This document shows, one piece after another, positions 1 to 13,920 of a stretch of DNA of 64,000 nucleotides (positions within the stretch are counted from its first letter, which is position 1; each line of letters opens with the position of its first letter). Location of the stretch: NCBI GenBank assembly GCA_907165135.1, contig OU015566.1:12958001-13022000 (forward strand). The letters run 5' to 3'. Origin of the DNA: Oikopleura dioica (taxonomy: Eukaryota; Animalia; Chordata). The translations under genes were made by a program, and so were the position numbers. The notes beneath the pieces are model-generated. The model did no database searches. It was not told the origin of the DNA and was given only the letters and a program-made list of their open reading frames with translations.

Positions 1-1285
1 GACCCTTTCCTAACCTTTGAGAGAAATTGAAAAGAAAAATATAAACATTTGAATGAACACAAAATAAAATGATAAGTAACGCTTATCCTTGTTTACCATC
101 CTTTCTTCCCCGTAAAAATCATGAGCGATAGAGCAATATAATATAGGCTATATAGGCCATATGATATAGGCTAAATCCTTATTTTTCAGGAAAGGCCTGG
201 TTCTTCTGTAAAAGCAGAATCGATGTGGGAATCATTCACCTTTTCCAAAAAGAGTTTTGACAAATGTAGTGAAAATTCGAGACTGTATAAATATTAGCCT
301 CTAACGAAGAGGTGTGAGCGAATATTCCATAATCTATTGAATAAAGGCTTTGATGCATAAATGTTAAAATTGCCTTAGCGAAAAAGAGATGTAAAAGTAT
401 GTATTTCCTTTTGAAATGATGCCCAATCCGCATGGGATAACAGATCAGAAATAAAGATATGAAGAACAAGATTTTTTTAAATGAAACGAAAAGCAGATGT
501 TGGACTGAAGCAAATAGCCCACCAATTTAGTGGCAACGAGTATATACAATTGTTTAGGAAAAATAGAGAATAGATGATCCTTATGTATACAGTATACAGT
601 ATAAAATATATAATAAACTTGAAGAACAAAGAGGCCTTAAATTTGTTTCATTGCATCAACTCTGTATCAATGTCTGAAGCAGTTATCTCGTCCAAAAAGT
701 GTTTTGAAAAAATGTATTAAAAATAAAAATCCTCACCGCGATACACGTTCTCCTCCGTGATTACATTATTCCACAATCTTGCGGTAGCTATCAAAATCTC
801 CTTTCGAAATTCTTGCGCAAAAATCAGAAAAAAAAATCGAAAAAGTCCTCCGCGAGCGGGCGATAGCGCGCTATCGTGAGCGCTCAGCGTGCGCCGCCGC
901 GCTAAGCGCATCGTGAAGTAACGGAAGAAAAAAATTAATACGAATCAAGAAGATCTAAAATTCTATCGATTTTATTTTTTATTGCAGAAAGAAGAAGAGG
1001 ATAGCTGTGAAGAAGTTTTTGAAAGAGCAAAAAATAATTCGATCAAAGCTAAAAAAATCACTTTTTGTCTGCTGAATATTTCAAATAGAGATCGACTGCT
1101 TCGTGTCTTGATTTTGAAGGTATGATATTCATCGTCAGTAACTGATTAGCAACGAATTAAATATGAATGAGAAAGCTACCGGACTACTTAAAATATTCCG
1201 AGTTAGAAAAAACCTGAAAAAGTTATATTTTCATTTTTAAATTGCTACTTATGGCGTGAGCTTAAAAACCTGTGTAAAACGTAAT

Positions 1286-1464
1286 TCAGGGTCCTGAAAG
1301 GTTTAAATAAAAAGCCGCATAGCGGCTTAATTAATTTGAATAAACAAATTTGAATAATAGATAAAGATCGTATTTTTGGCGAAGCCGCTTTGCGGCTTCG
1401 TAATAAAAAAAGCCGCTACGCGGCTTTTGATTAAATCATTTCTGAACCCTTAGTCAGGTTTTCT
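1286..1464. mobile_element. Hairpin-rich MITE, family with (AGAAAA)CCTGACTCAGGG-type TIRs, copy 1
   Basis: TCAGGGTC...GAACCCTTAGTCAGGTTTTCT ends. Internal AAAAGCCGC-xxx-GCGGCTTTT and GAAGCCGCTTTGCGGCTTC hairpins are shared with 2502-2600 and 63096-63269; the ends are also shared with 7566-7628. Confidence 0.7.
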
Positions 1465-1784
1465 GTCAAGCCCTTATCAAACTATTTTATTCAAAGATAT
1501 ATTTTGTGCGCTAAAAAAATAACTTGATGAAACGCATTTGTCTAGATAGTAGGATCGCCCTAAGTTTTGCCAGGTGAAGAGTTGAGCGTGATTGAATTGA
1601 AAAAGACTCGGCTTTCTTTATACAATTTTGGCAGATGGATGGCAGCAATGTGAGGCCGATTAGTTCACAACTCGGGGATTGTTTGAGCGGCAGCGATTTG
1701 GAATAATAATTAAACGCATCTATCTTGTTGCGCCCCAATTTTCGCAGAAATTAGTTTCGAACAACCGTTTCTATGAAACTTTAA

Positions 1785-2448
1785 GGGGGTGGTGGTCAAG
1801 AAAATTTTTTTCGACTTTTTAAAATTTTGATATTATTTTTTGATTCCTTGATAAAAAAGGAGCATTTTTGGTCTCTAGCTTTTTTTGATTGGACCAACTT
1901 TATTTAAGAAAATTTTCGATTTTATGCTATAAAATCGCCATTTTTGGGGAATTTTGAAACGCGTTTTTTTTGCACTAAATTGATCAAAATTGATTTTTTA
2001 TTGCGAAGTTATTATTCTTGATCATATTTTAATTATAACAATCTAAAAAATTACGATTATTGTGATGTTTTCGAAAATTTCATTGAAAAAATGAGTGAAA
2101 ATGACGATTTTTCAGAAAACAACATGTTTTCATTCAATTACCAGTTTCTTTTCTAACAAGGTGAACTTTCTAAAAGTAAGCCGCCCACACGCTTAAGGGT
2201 CTAAACTTTCTTCTCAAAAAGTTTTATTTTGAAAAAAATGATAAGGGGATAGAGTTTTTTTGGTTAAGAGATGGGTCTACTTTGAAGGAATTTTTCACCA
2301 TCTTTGCGAAAAAATATTTTTTTCAGACATAGCCGCCCACATAAATTGAACCCTTTTCAACTTATTTTCAATTATAGAAAAAAAAATTTTTTTGAAAAAA
2401 TTTGAGATTTTTAGGTTGAAAAAAGTCTTAGTCTCGACCACCACCCCC
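1785..2448. mobile_element. 664-bp non-autonomous TIR element with TTAA TSD (Kolobok-like MITE)
   Basis: TTAA(1781-1784)|GGGGGTGGTGGTCAAGA ... TCTCGACCACCACCCCC|TTAA(2449-2452); AT-rich non-coding interior. Purine termini plus TTAA TSD fit Kolobok better than piggyBac (established family traits). Confidence 0.75.
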
Positions 2449-2501
2449 TTAAGGGGATAGCTTTCGTTAAAAGGGTTGATCATTTGCTTGGCAACATGTG
2501 T

Positions 2502-2600
2502 AGAAAACCTGACTCAGGGTTCGTAAAATCTCCTATGAAAAGCCGCGAAGCGGCTTTTTTCAAAACGAAGCCGCAAAGCGGCTTCGCAAAATTACTTTTG
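2502..2600. mobile_element. Hairpin-rich MITE, partial copy 2
   Basis: AGAAAACCTGACTCAGGGTTC followed by AAAAGCCGCGAAGCGGCTTTT and GAAGCCGCAAAGCGGCTTC; reverse complement of the right part of copy 1. Confidence 0.65.
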
Positions 2601-5600
2601 CAATCAATTTTCAAACTCTAATGTTTCCGAGGCCAGGATTCATATTAACGTGAAGAAAAAGATTACAGTAAGAATAAATCCCGAAAATTTGACTCGAAGT
2701 GAGCTGGTTGTCATTTTTCTCAAGAGGGCTTAAATTCTATACATCCGAAATGTTTGACACTTTGTTTGAAAAATGCGTGTTTCAGACATCTTCTTTTCTT
2801 ACTGTAAGATCAGAAAAAACGTTACGTGTTCGGAATTTGAGAATTTCATGGCCCCGGATTTCTCCAAAATCAGCTTTGTGATAAAATTTTGCGTCGTGTC
2901 CGGCCGCGGTGAAATGAAATTTCAGCTTTCAGTCATTTTTTTACCAAATTTTTGTCGAGCTAGTTCAACGTGAAAATTGATTCGATTTCAAAATCGCAAA
3001 CAAAAAAAAAATAAAATTTAGCATAATTTTAGCTTCTCAGCTCTCATTTTCTGTTGAGGCTCTATTGGAACCTTACCGTAATGCGGCAATTTTGCCTGTC
3101 TGGAAATCGCGATTTACGGTGACTTCACGTAAAAATCTAAGTAACCGCGGATTACAGACAAGAGCTTGTTCCCATTGCATTGAACGCAGATTGAACCGAA
3201 AGGTTATAAATTGGGAGCGGATGGTTCTGCACCTTAGCGGTTTGACCCGCTCCATCTTAGTCCCCACAGATGCACAGATTTTATTTTCATCACTTTCGGC
3301 GAAGATTATCGAAAAACGTGAAACTTGATAAAAGTCAAAAAATGAAAACAAAAGCATATGAATATATTGTCATTTATTTAATCATTTTAGTTTCACAGAA
3401 CAGTCTGGATTCATTTTGCCACTGGAAAATTAACATTTATAAAAACCCTTTTTGCTTCATTTTCTCATTTCTCATTTCTTATTTTTCACTTGACCGAAAG
3501 TGAAAGATCCGTGCCTTATATTCCGAAAAAAGGGTGCGCTCTTTAATTACTAGGTTTTAATAATAGATAAGTTACTGATATAGGGGCGAAAAATGTCAAG
3601 GGAAAGCGCTTATGTCAACTTTCAAAGCGGGATAATTATTTATTTTCAATTATGTGCCATTTAAAATCGAATTGAAGGGCGCACGCAAAACAGATGATCC
3701 ATCTTAGATATATTCCTGTATTTTTTAAAGATTTAGAAAATTGTTTATCGGAGCTATTTCTTTTTCAAAAAAAAATCAAATTGATTCTATTACTGGTCGC
3801 TTTTTCGTCGATTAAAAATCACTCCCCAAAACGGTTTTTTTTTTATATTTTGCCATCAAAACGCTAAATATTTTGGAAAGCAGCCGCTAAATTTTTGTTT
3901 CTGTTTTGAAATCAACAAAATCGTTCTTCGAGCAAAAGGGATTAATTTGGCGAAAGTCGATTATGTAAGCCGAGATCTGTGTGGAGCGCGATTTATGCAA
4001 GTCTTTGACATTTGGTGTTCTGAACGGATCCGGGTGTCAAAGAAATCTTGTTCCAGTCGCTTTCGGCGGCTAATCAACAGATCCACAACATGCGCAAATC
4101 TGAATTTCCTCGTCTAACTGAAAAATAATCCGCCCCAGATTCTGGCAGGTCAATTTGATCAGTTACTGTAATACTTCTCTATATAATTCCGAATAACATG
4201 GATAGACTATTCCTCGATGGATCATTTGAACTTGAACTAAGGAAACTACCGTATTTTTTCTATCGCCATCTTCATGCAGCTCGACAATCTTACTTGAATT
4301 ATCAAATGGCTGATAAATTATCAATGATAGTCCATTGAGTTGAAGCGTGTCTTTTAGAGCAATATCTTATCAATTAAAAACAAAGGGCGGCGGGCGGCCG
4401 CGGTACAAAAGTGAAATTTGTACCGCGGGTAAAAATTTTGTACAGCCACGGGCTCTCTACTACCATCATCATCACTGATGGTCCATCGGTCTCCTCCATA
4501 GTGCAAAAATCTGGTATAAAAGGCGATGATTTTCGAAATTAAGAAAAATATATAATTAAAATGATAATTTTTGAAATGAAACAAGAACAAATTTAGTTTT
4601 TCCGACACCACCATCTGCATAAGAAAAAAGCCTGTTCATGAGATGACTGATGAATAAATATAATGCTGCCAATATAATTTAATTGGTTATTTTGCAGATT
4701 TTCAGAGAGTGAGTAAACTTTTTACTAAAGCAGGTGAGAACCAAACGAAGGTTTTTTTTGTTTGTTCCAAATCGTAGTGTCCTATTTTCGTAGTCGCTCT
4801 GATAAGCGGCGAATCTCAAGTGTATTTCCTCATCATCGCCATTTTCCAAATTTTAGGAGGTGGCGATAAAAGAAGTGGTGCTCGCGCGTATAACCGCAGA
4901 GCAGCCCTTTTTTGGCTTCCTAGATTGAGCGAATTTCAGTGGCCAAGTCTCCGGTCTCGCTTTCGTAAGAATAAGAATAAGGGTGGCGCAATCATTAATC
5001 GTGAAAGCTAACAATTAGACGAGCCACAAATACTCCGCCGCGGAATGTCATTTGTTAAAGAGCTTTTAAACCGAATTTTTTTTTTGTTCAACTGGATCGT
5101 CAAATTGAGGAATTTCTAAGATCTTCGATTTCAGTCGTTTTAAAAACAGGGGAAAGTTAGAGGAACGTTTTAGAGAGAGGAAATTGCCAGCTCAGCTAGT
5201 TCCGTGGAAAATGGTTTTGCTGTAATGCCAAGAGTTAATCCTGTATCCCGTTCCACTCGATTAGTACTGATTTTGACCTTGCGTGAGAAACCGACATTCA
5301 TGAAGAGATTCACAGTTATTTTATTTTATAATTTATAAAATTTCGTGATGCAGATAATCAGTCAAAAGTAGTAAATGCGTATTGCACATATCATATGTAA
5401 CATATGATATCGAATGGTTTATGTCTATAGTATCATTTTATTGCTCATCATCATTTTTTCGTTTATATTTCTTGAAGAGTTCTACGCCCTTCTCACATCA
5501 TTTTTAATCATCATTTTTTATCTAAGAATACCTCGAAGTACTCTCGCTCGGTATTTATACCTCCCCAGAAAGCCCCCTGCTGGGCGTCATGCTCGCAAAA

Positions 5601-7565
5601 ATCATCCTCAGTCCCGGAGATTACCAGCAGGAGACATCGAATATAATCGATCAAAAATCAATATCTTTTCGTTTTTCCGTTGGTGCTTTCCTTCGTTATG
5701 ATTATTTCTTGGATGAAAATGTAGAAAGAAACGTGTATTTTGCCGGACTTCCGACTAAATTCGACGTTGATATCTCAATTAAAACTTCACTCTTGACGTT
5801 TAGACCAGTGAATTTCAGCTTTGCCGATACCACTAACTGCTATCGAGCTTACTAAAACGTCTTTCTGTAATTTACTTTAATTTTATCTTTATTTTTTTCT
5901 GGAGAGTAAAGTGGACGTTAACAATAAGCAAGAGTCGCTCTGACGTGATCCGGATGTCTGTTGGGCGGATTCGTGGAGATATCGGTGTCCATATCGGGGA
6001 TTACTAGCTCGGACAAGGGAAGAAAAAAGGGAGCAGTTTTGAAAACATCACAGAGGCTCGGAACCACGCATCATCACGCGTTCTTATCGACTCGGTCACC
6101 TTATCGTTTACGTGTTAGGCACTTATATAATACTACAACAACAATTTAAAAATTATCTGCCCAAGAAAGAAGAAGTAGTAGGTACTCTAACAGTGCGACT
6201 AAGATAATTGAGTTATCATAAGCTCCCTTCTCTTCGTCTTCAACTTCTAAGCCAGCGAAAGTCAAGTCCTAATTCATTACGCTTGATTATTCTCTATTTA
6301 TCCTTGATTCGGTGACCTGTTCCAAATCGACTTAAAAGCTTCTTCTCTGAAAAGTTTGATGATGATGGAAATATTAATTGATTTAGTACCGTGTGAGATC
6401 ATAGCTTCAATTTTCTTGTTGATAATTGGGACCCAGACAAAACTGCAAATCTGCATCTTTGATGGATTCTAGAGTGATTTTGTCAAAGTTTCGGAGAGAA
6501 AAAAATCGCTGATTTTTTGATCGTGGCGCTACACGATTTTCTGCCAAGGATGAATTATAATTGTCACGAGATAATAATTCATAAAATATATATTTATGAA
6601 AAAACTACCATAGATTATGGTTTTTGGTTATTTTTAAGTGAAAATTTAGTTTTTTACTGTCTAAAATCCGTAGCAGCATTCCAAGGGAAATACAAAGTGC
6701 TCCAATATATTGAATTATCGTATCCTTCAACTCTTTTTTATCAGTTTTTCAACAAGTTGGAAAGACGAAATTGAGTGGTGAAAGAAAGCTAGAAGAGCTA
6801 TTGTTGAAACCCGATATAAAAAAGTTGCAGAGATGTAGAACTCCAAAGGCAACTCCAAGGAGAAGGACGCTCGATCCCACCGCTGCCAAGGCTTTCATTA
6901 GTCTCACAAATGAGCGGCAACTTTTGAAACGATTTTCTTTAGACGCGTCTCTACGTGTGTGGTTGCGTAATTACGCAGCTTCATTATCGCGGAATGAACA
7001 AACCTGGCTCTTTTTTTTCAGTGAACTTTAGTTTTTCGAGACCGACCTGAACAAGGTAATCCTTAATTTTTCGATGCCTTGTGATGAACTTAAGGATCTC
7101 CCTTCCTAACGCCCTTCTCATCAAAATCTTCTTCGTCGCTTGAACCGATCTTTATCATTTTTTCTTCAGTTGCCCTAAATATGAAAGCTTGAGAAAAAAA
7201 AAACGTTCCTTTTGTGAGTTTTCTGCGGCAGCATATTTTTAGTAGTTTAGTTTTAGCGGGGATTAGGATACGAGTATTCACTTTAATCTTGTTACCGGTA
7301 ACTAAAAAGGGGCTCGAGAACTGCTAACGAATGATCTATTGGGTTATCTTTCCCGGCAAGTTAAACATTTAGAGCTTTATTGAACATCGTTCATCTACTC
7401 AAAGAATTGAGGGTTAGACATCATTGATTCCAATTTTCCACTTGGACTCATTTTTGATAAAATCCAGATTTTTTGTAAGAAACAGTATCTTCTACTCGCC
7501 AAAATATATGAAGCAATGTTTTGATTTTTGAGGGAAATACAATGCTTGGGCTTGCTAACCTGTGC

Positions 7566-7628
7566 AGAAAACCTGACTCAAGGGCTGAAAGAGCTACGCG
7601 CCTTTTCAGACCCTGACTCAGGTTTTCT
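7566..7628. mobile_element. Minimal 63-bp derivative of the hairpin MITE (essentially two TIRs)
   Basis: AGAAAACCTGACTCAAGGGCTGAAAG...CTTTTCAGACCCTGACTCAGGTTTTCT. Confidence 0.65.
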
Positions 7629-7861
7629 ACACTGAGCTCAGTGCAGTGCAACCCCCTTAATCGCTCAGCTTTTTCCTTTTAGAAGAAGATTAATTTAACC
7701 TGTTTATTTACAGTTGCTCGATGAACATGTCAAGCAAGTGCTCATTACAATATTGTGCTTGTAAGATGATTAGTTGACAGATATTCAAAACATATATTTT
7801 TCAATCCCTAAGTGCTTGAAACCCTGAAACAACATTTTCTTTTAGAGCGCCGAAAATCGCG

Positions 7862-10782
7862 ATGGCTGGTAAAAGCTTGATTTGGAATTCGCTGCTCTGG
7901 GCACTGACAGGTGCAACATTCCTGCCGAGCGACAACCGTCCCTGGAAGAGTTACAAGAGTAAGTAAACTGATGGATCAACTTTTGGTATTTTTCATTCGC
8001 TGGAATTCAATTTTTCAATCTTGCAAAGTGAAAAAATTCTAGCGCCGCGGCCATTAATTTTTACTATCTGAAATCAGTTTGATAGATCGAAATGGAGTTG
8101 TTAACGCAGCTCTAGAATTTCGCCTCGCGCTGAAGATCATTAATTAATCAGCGTTATTTTTTGATCAAGACTTCTAAACGTTTATAAGCGTCTTAAAAAG
8201 CTTCGGAGGGCGGCATGTTGAACTTTTATAAAAAATGTTAAAGGATCTTGTTTACAATCAGGGCGCGTGTTCTTACACCAGCTCAATTATTGACTGAGAA
8301 GTTTTATTTAATAAAACTCTTTAATTTAAGGAGGTAGATATCCTAAAAACAATTTTAATAAAAAAACTATTCGTAATGATAATTAAATAAAATATTTTTT
8401 AAATAATAAAATAATATTATTAATTAATATTTTTTATTTAATAATGATTTATTATTAATAAAATTAAATAATAAAAAAATAATAATAATTTAATAAAAAA
8501 TTTAGTTAAATTGATTAGTAAAAAATCAAAAAATGGCTTCATTATTAAATCCTATTTCAGAGTGTGGATACAGAACTGGATTCGAAACCATCGACGAGCC
8601 TGCCTTCAGGAAAGAGGTTGAAAAACGAATAAATCATAATTACCCAATTACGTAACGTGTCGACAATTAAGAGTATCGCGATAACTAAAAACACACTTGA
8701 GAACTCTTTGAGAATCTCAAAATCAATTTTCGGGTCCTACTCAATTTTCAACCTCGACAAAAAGCCCGAGCGAGTCCGGAAGAAAACCAAATACAAAGAT
8801 TTACAACGGACGGGGGATTTTTACGAAGGGCGAGTGGCCCTGGTTCGCTTCGATTTTGGAGTCAGGTACGGAAAGCTTTATTGATCCTAGGGTCAAATGC
8901 ATGGGAGTGCTCATCAATTGCAATACTGTTCTGACGACTGCTGCTTGTGGCAAGACTGTAAGTAAAGGAGATCAGGTAAAGATAGGCTCTCCTGTGGCGG
9001 AAAACTCGACGGTGGATCGAAAAGTCAGCCAGGTGGTCATCCATCCAGGCTTTACCACGACGCATAAAGAACATACAGTGCATTACAATAATGTGGCTGT
9101 ATTGTTCGTTGACTCGCCTGTATCGGATGATATTCTTTACGAAGAAAATATGGTCTCGCCTGTCTGCATGACTGAAGGAATGGTTCAAATCAACCTCTGT
9201 ATGACGACAATTTGAAATAATAACTGCTTGTTAAAAAACAACCAGTTATTGATTGACCTCCTCGCACGTCGACGGACTGCGCAATAATTGCCGACTCAAT
9301 CGTATTTAATGAAATTTTGGGCGGGTTTGAATTTGTGATTTTGGTTTTGGTTTTTGAATCTTGCATAAGACGCGTCTTTTCTCACCTCGAAGTGCTGGGC
9401 CCTTGGCGTCACCACGAGTCCCGGATCAACGAGCCCTCCTTATTTATCGACCGCAGTACAGGTACTGTAAACGGCTTAGACAAGTTCTGCACTTCAAACA
9501 AACACATTTAATATTCAGATGCAAGTGTCATTCTCTCGTAAAAAATGGAAAGTTTGATAAAAATGAGCGCTTTTATTTTGACTACAAAGATACCGCCATT
9601 TTCCGCTAAATCTCCTCCTTCCGATAGATCCTTAAGAACATGCTTGAAAAGGACTGTTGATGCTTCAATTCATTCAGAGTTGACATAATTCTAGAGCGCG
9701 ATTCTAGAGCGGGAAACGTGATCGCGGTCAATTGAATAAAAAACTGAATTGAAAACGGCGGTTTTCTTCGTTGATTTCAATTGCTCAAAATGTCATTTTA
9801 AAATCAGAAAATGAAACCTTGCTAGAATTCTTGCTAAAACCTCAATGTATCATTTGAAAAACCCTCTTCTTGAAAGAAATTGTTACATAAGCTCTCAATT
9901 TCCGCGAAACCGCCGCAACAAAAAAAAATCATCTGCGGCGGAATAAAATCAAATCGAAGGTTTTGCGTTATACTTTTGAGATTACCGCTTCAACGTGACA
10001 TGCCTGGGTGTATACTGTTTGTTGTGGAAGATTTGTTATTTTCAGTTGAATAATGATTATCGAACATTTGTAAATGCAATTTCAAATTGTGTTATTAATT
10101 GATCTGCTTGTTTTTAAGAACACATAAAATTGATCAAATAATCATCTAACCATGTTACCTTGTCAACGAATTAAATTCTCTTTAGCTCGATGTTGAAAGA
10201 CAGTCATTAAAGTACTGTAACGCCTTTGGATACGGAGGCGAACTGGATAAGGACCAACATGCTTGTATAAAGGCAAAATGGTCTTCTGAAAATCAAGGCT
10301 TCTGCAACCTGGCCGACAATGGGGCTCCAGTCGTCTGCAAGAGGTACAATTAATAGCAAATTGTAAGATCTTTATACTATTTTCAGAGATAACTCGCAAA
10401 ACGAATTCTTTTTGCTTGGAATGTACTCGTTCTCCGAGGGCTGTACGACTTTTCCTCGCCCTGCAATCTTCCAAAAGACAGACTTTTTGGACGAATGGAT
10501 TCAAAAGACAATCTTGAAGAATCAAAAATGCTCCTGTGTTCCTCCTCGACCCGGACCAAGACTCGATGTCCAGGTAAGAAGCTTCAGTAAATGACATCGA
10601 AAGAACTGCACTTTTAGCCTGACATGTGCTGCTTGAATTTCGCCTACAACTCTGGAATGAAAGAGTGCTGCGGTGGAAAATTGATTGAAAGGGATTCTTC
10701 ACTAGAATGCTGCTCTGGAGTTCCCTACGACAGCAATTCGCACCGCTGCTCCTCCAACGATGGCTCAATCGTCAAATTATAA
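7862..10782 (+). CDS. Secreted trypsin-fold pseudoprotease with C-terminal Cys-rich (galaxin-like CC repeat) tail; multi-exon
   Basis: Signal-peptide-like exon MAGKSLIWNSLLWALTG; GEWPW..CMGVLI..VLTTAAC (His lost), HYNNVAVL (Asp lost), NLADNGAPVVC (Ser lost), LLGMYSFSEGC..PAIF..DEWIQKTI; last exon CCLNFAYN..ECCGG..ECCSGVPYD ending TAA at 10782. Internal exon structure at 9.2-10.2 kb is uncertain. Confidence 0.75.
8350..8525. repeat. Extremely AT-rich low-complexity tract in an intron
   Basis: Nearly pure A/T (taataaaataaaat-type) run inside the first intron of the pseudoprotease gene. Confidence 0.7.
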
Positions 10783-10974
10783 CAAACACAATCCTGAAAC
10801 ATGCGCAATCTGTAAATGCTCTTCAAACCTAAAAAACCTAATCTGTAAAATCCTACAATGACCATTACTATTCAAAACTGTACATAATAAATGACGATTT
10901 GGATAGAAGGGACTCGCTCCCAATTTCTATTCAAACATAATATCATTCACGTCACGAGTTTTTGAAAGTTATTA

Positions 10975-11492
10975 ATTACGGGCCAAAGGCGATGACGGAG
11001 TTGGTTGCTTCTCGAATACTTCGTCGGGGAGAAGGGAAATGTCGTAGTTTGAGCGATATTCTTTCGGAACTGAACGCTGGTACTCTGGAACCATCTAAAA
11101 AGAACTGTATCTCTTAAACAGGGAGCATTATCCTACGTTTTCTCTGTCACAACTGAAAAACTGCCTTGAAGACATCCAAGTAGAAGTGATAGAAGCTCTC
11201 CTCGTTGATTTCCGCCTGCTAGCCTTTATAGCTCGGAAGCACTAGAATATTGCTCCAGAAAAAGAATCAGTATTTAATTTACCTTTGGAAGAACACAGCC
11301 AATAATAATAAACATAGCCAAAGCAATTGTACAGACCCACCAAGAAGAAATGCATCCAAAGAATGCTGATGTCTCGCTATCGAAGAATTTCGTACTGCAT
11401 CCCATTCCTCCCTTCTCTACTGGCGACTCTGTAGGCTTTGGCGATGGGTAAAAATCTTCGTCATCGAAATCTCCTGAGCCAGAAGCTGGCAT
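10975..11492 (-). CDS. Small single-pass membrane protein (multi-exon, boundaries approximate)
   Basis: ORF 11274-11492 has an acidic/S-P-rich ectodomain, TM helix WWVCTIALAMFIIIGCVL and a GT donor; downstream exons CFRAIKASRRK.. and VPEYQRS.. Confidence 0.45.
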
Positions 11493-12152
11493 TTGTTTCT
11501 CAAAATAGAAAAAGTTCGAGTTGCTATTTTTGAGGTTTTATAACGATTAGCCTGAACGAAACCGCAAAGTAGGATTTACAGATTACACCAAGATTTCCCT
11601 TTTCAATACTTCAGCATCTCATGCTTGAGTAGCTTTCAAGAAACTTGAAGTTTTAAAACTTTTCAGCCATCAATTTGAGAAACAATTTCCTTCAAAAATA
11701 GCCATTGCGGAAGATGAATTTCTCAAGTTTCTATTTTTTCTCTAGTGATTTTTCCGCCACGTTCTCAAATAAAAGCTATCGAGTTTTTGGATTGTTTACG
11801 CAGTGCATGCCTGAGGAATTGTGCCGTCTGTCTGTTCACCAACTATTCTTGGTAAACAAAGTCCTACGATGTGAAATTTGCAAGAAGCAAGCGCTGTTTT
11901 ACGACAGCGAATGTCTGCGGCGAGATTTGCATGTCTGCGCTCAATCAGGTGTTGAGTCTGATTGAGTGCTTCACTGGCTTTGAGAATCTTTTTGAAGTTT
12001 ATTAGAATAAACAGAACGAAAATAGAATGAAGAAAAGTGGGTCGCGAAAGAAGCATTGGAGTACGAAGTTCAGTAAAAAGTCATTTCGATAGGTAGAAAA
12101 AAGTTACGCAAAAAAAGAAAAAGGTCGTAAAAGGCTGGAAGGCGGGCTGTAG

Positions 12153-13920
12153 TTAGTCTTTTGAGTCGATAGAATGGAAGAAGATGAGCTCGGGAATCTG
12201 GCCGTCCTCGACGGAGGTGCCATTATTGTTGCAGGCTGCGTAGAAGAATGTGAAAGTGGTCTTTTTCTCGCCGACGCCGACGTGTTTGACTTGGGCGAGG
12301 CCCTTCGTGCCATACCAGCTGTCCGGGCCCTAGAAACAGTGATTATAAATCGTAACATGATGGTGATAAATACGTTTAGTGTGGCCGAGGCAGTGTAGAA
12401 CTGGTTGGGCTTGATTTCAATCGGTTCTTTGAACATGACACGGAACGTCTTTGGCGTACCATCAGGGCTACAAAAGATCTTTACCAGATCGTTTTTCTGT
12501 TGAAAACTTACCTGAATGAGACTTCATTTTGACCACAAATGTTGTTGGTTTCAGAGTGAATAATCTGCATCAAGACTCGATACTCAGTACTCGCACCACT
12601 GTGGATCGATCCATAAAGACCAAGGCCGACGACGTAGATTTTTCTTGAAACCGTGAAGCGGATCCGATCGCAGGTGCCTGAGTATCCCCATCGAGAGGCA
12701 TACTCGGAGAAGCGAGAAACCACTTCTTCTTTGCCAGTGTGACAGCATCGAGCATGATCTGGGTATGGAATTGTGGGCTAAATGGATTCAATGATTCTGT
12801 TCCTTGATTTCTGCTGATTTTACCTTAGGGTTGGGTGCTGCAAAGTGCAAGAATATATCAACAACTTCATCTTTTTCAAGAACATCAGATTGGGCCGGAC
12901 CAGCGGCGAATTCTTCGATAGTCATGAGAGGAAATCGTACTAGCTCGACTGCGCCTTCCAGAACTTTGCGCATGTTCTTCGGGTTTTTCGGTAAATCGAC
13001 TCTGGCGCATTCAGCTCCGGCCCAGCGGAGAATCGCGGAAAAGAGTCGATGCTCGCGAATGCCGAGAGAATCGCGTTTGAGAATGACGAGCAGGGTTTCA
13101 AAGTCTATATCGACGAAGCCTGAAGAAAATTTAAAACCGAATTTCACGAAAAGCTAGAGTTTACCGTCACCAGCGAGAGCTTCTTCGGTACTTTGATCAA
13201 TACATTCCATACATCTTTCAGCAAGCGCTTCTTCAGAAAATATTCTCGCTTGACTATCAAAAGTTAAAAAGATTTTCGATCGAAAAACGGTTAATTTTTC
13301 AGACTTTTTCCTAAGAAGCAAAAAGGCGTTGTCGGGGGTCAAGTTATTCTCCAAAAACTCGATGCACTGATTTTCCAAGGCAGGAACGGCATATTTCTTC
13401 GCTGTGTAGAGTGTAGTCATGACATTTTCAGGCCCAATGTCGGATTCATCGGAGTAAAGAAAACGCAGGAGAACGAGGAAGGCGGGAGACTCGATGTCTG
13501 TAATGACCACTTCCGGTTCTGTGTGACGCATATCACCGTTGAACATTGCATCAAAAACAGCTGATCCGGCAGAAAGAACTGGAAAAAAGTTGTATTGGGG
13601 AAAATGAGAACTTTCTTCTCACCGAGTTTATGAGCAGGAATCCGAAGCTCATCAGTCCCAACGATGAAATGAACATCCGCCAACGTTTCGTTATTGAAAA
13701 GATGAGAGAATCGCGCTTTCAGCGTCGTTTTCTTCTCTTGCCAATTAAACTCCGATTCATTTTTAGGCGCCTCTGAGTCGAGCGACCCTTTGGAGCTATG
13801 AATAGAAACGGCGGTGGAGAAATTTTCGGAGAGGTTTTTCAAACTGGGCGGCTTGGAAATTGTACTGGAGTTGGGACTGGGCCTTTGCGGATTAAATTTA
13901 TGCCGGATCGGGTTTGACAT
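12153..13920 (-). CDS. BTBD2: BTB-BACK-PHR protein, BTBD1/BTBD2 family
   Basis: [21 protein letters not shown]; [32 protein letters not shown]; [18 protein letters not shown]; PHR exons [51 protein letters not shown]1 versus BTBD2 cannot be resolved. Confidence 0.93.

Noticed and set aside
3000-7300. Possible small spliced genes (a SAM-like snippet near 6.4-6.5 kb, exons near 4.0-4.6 kb)
   Set aside because: I could not assemble consistent exon chains or recognisable domains, so they are left unannotated.
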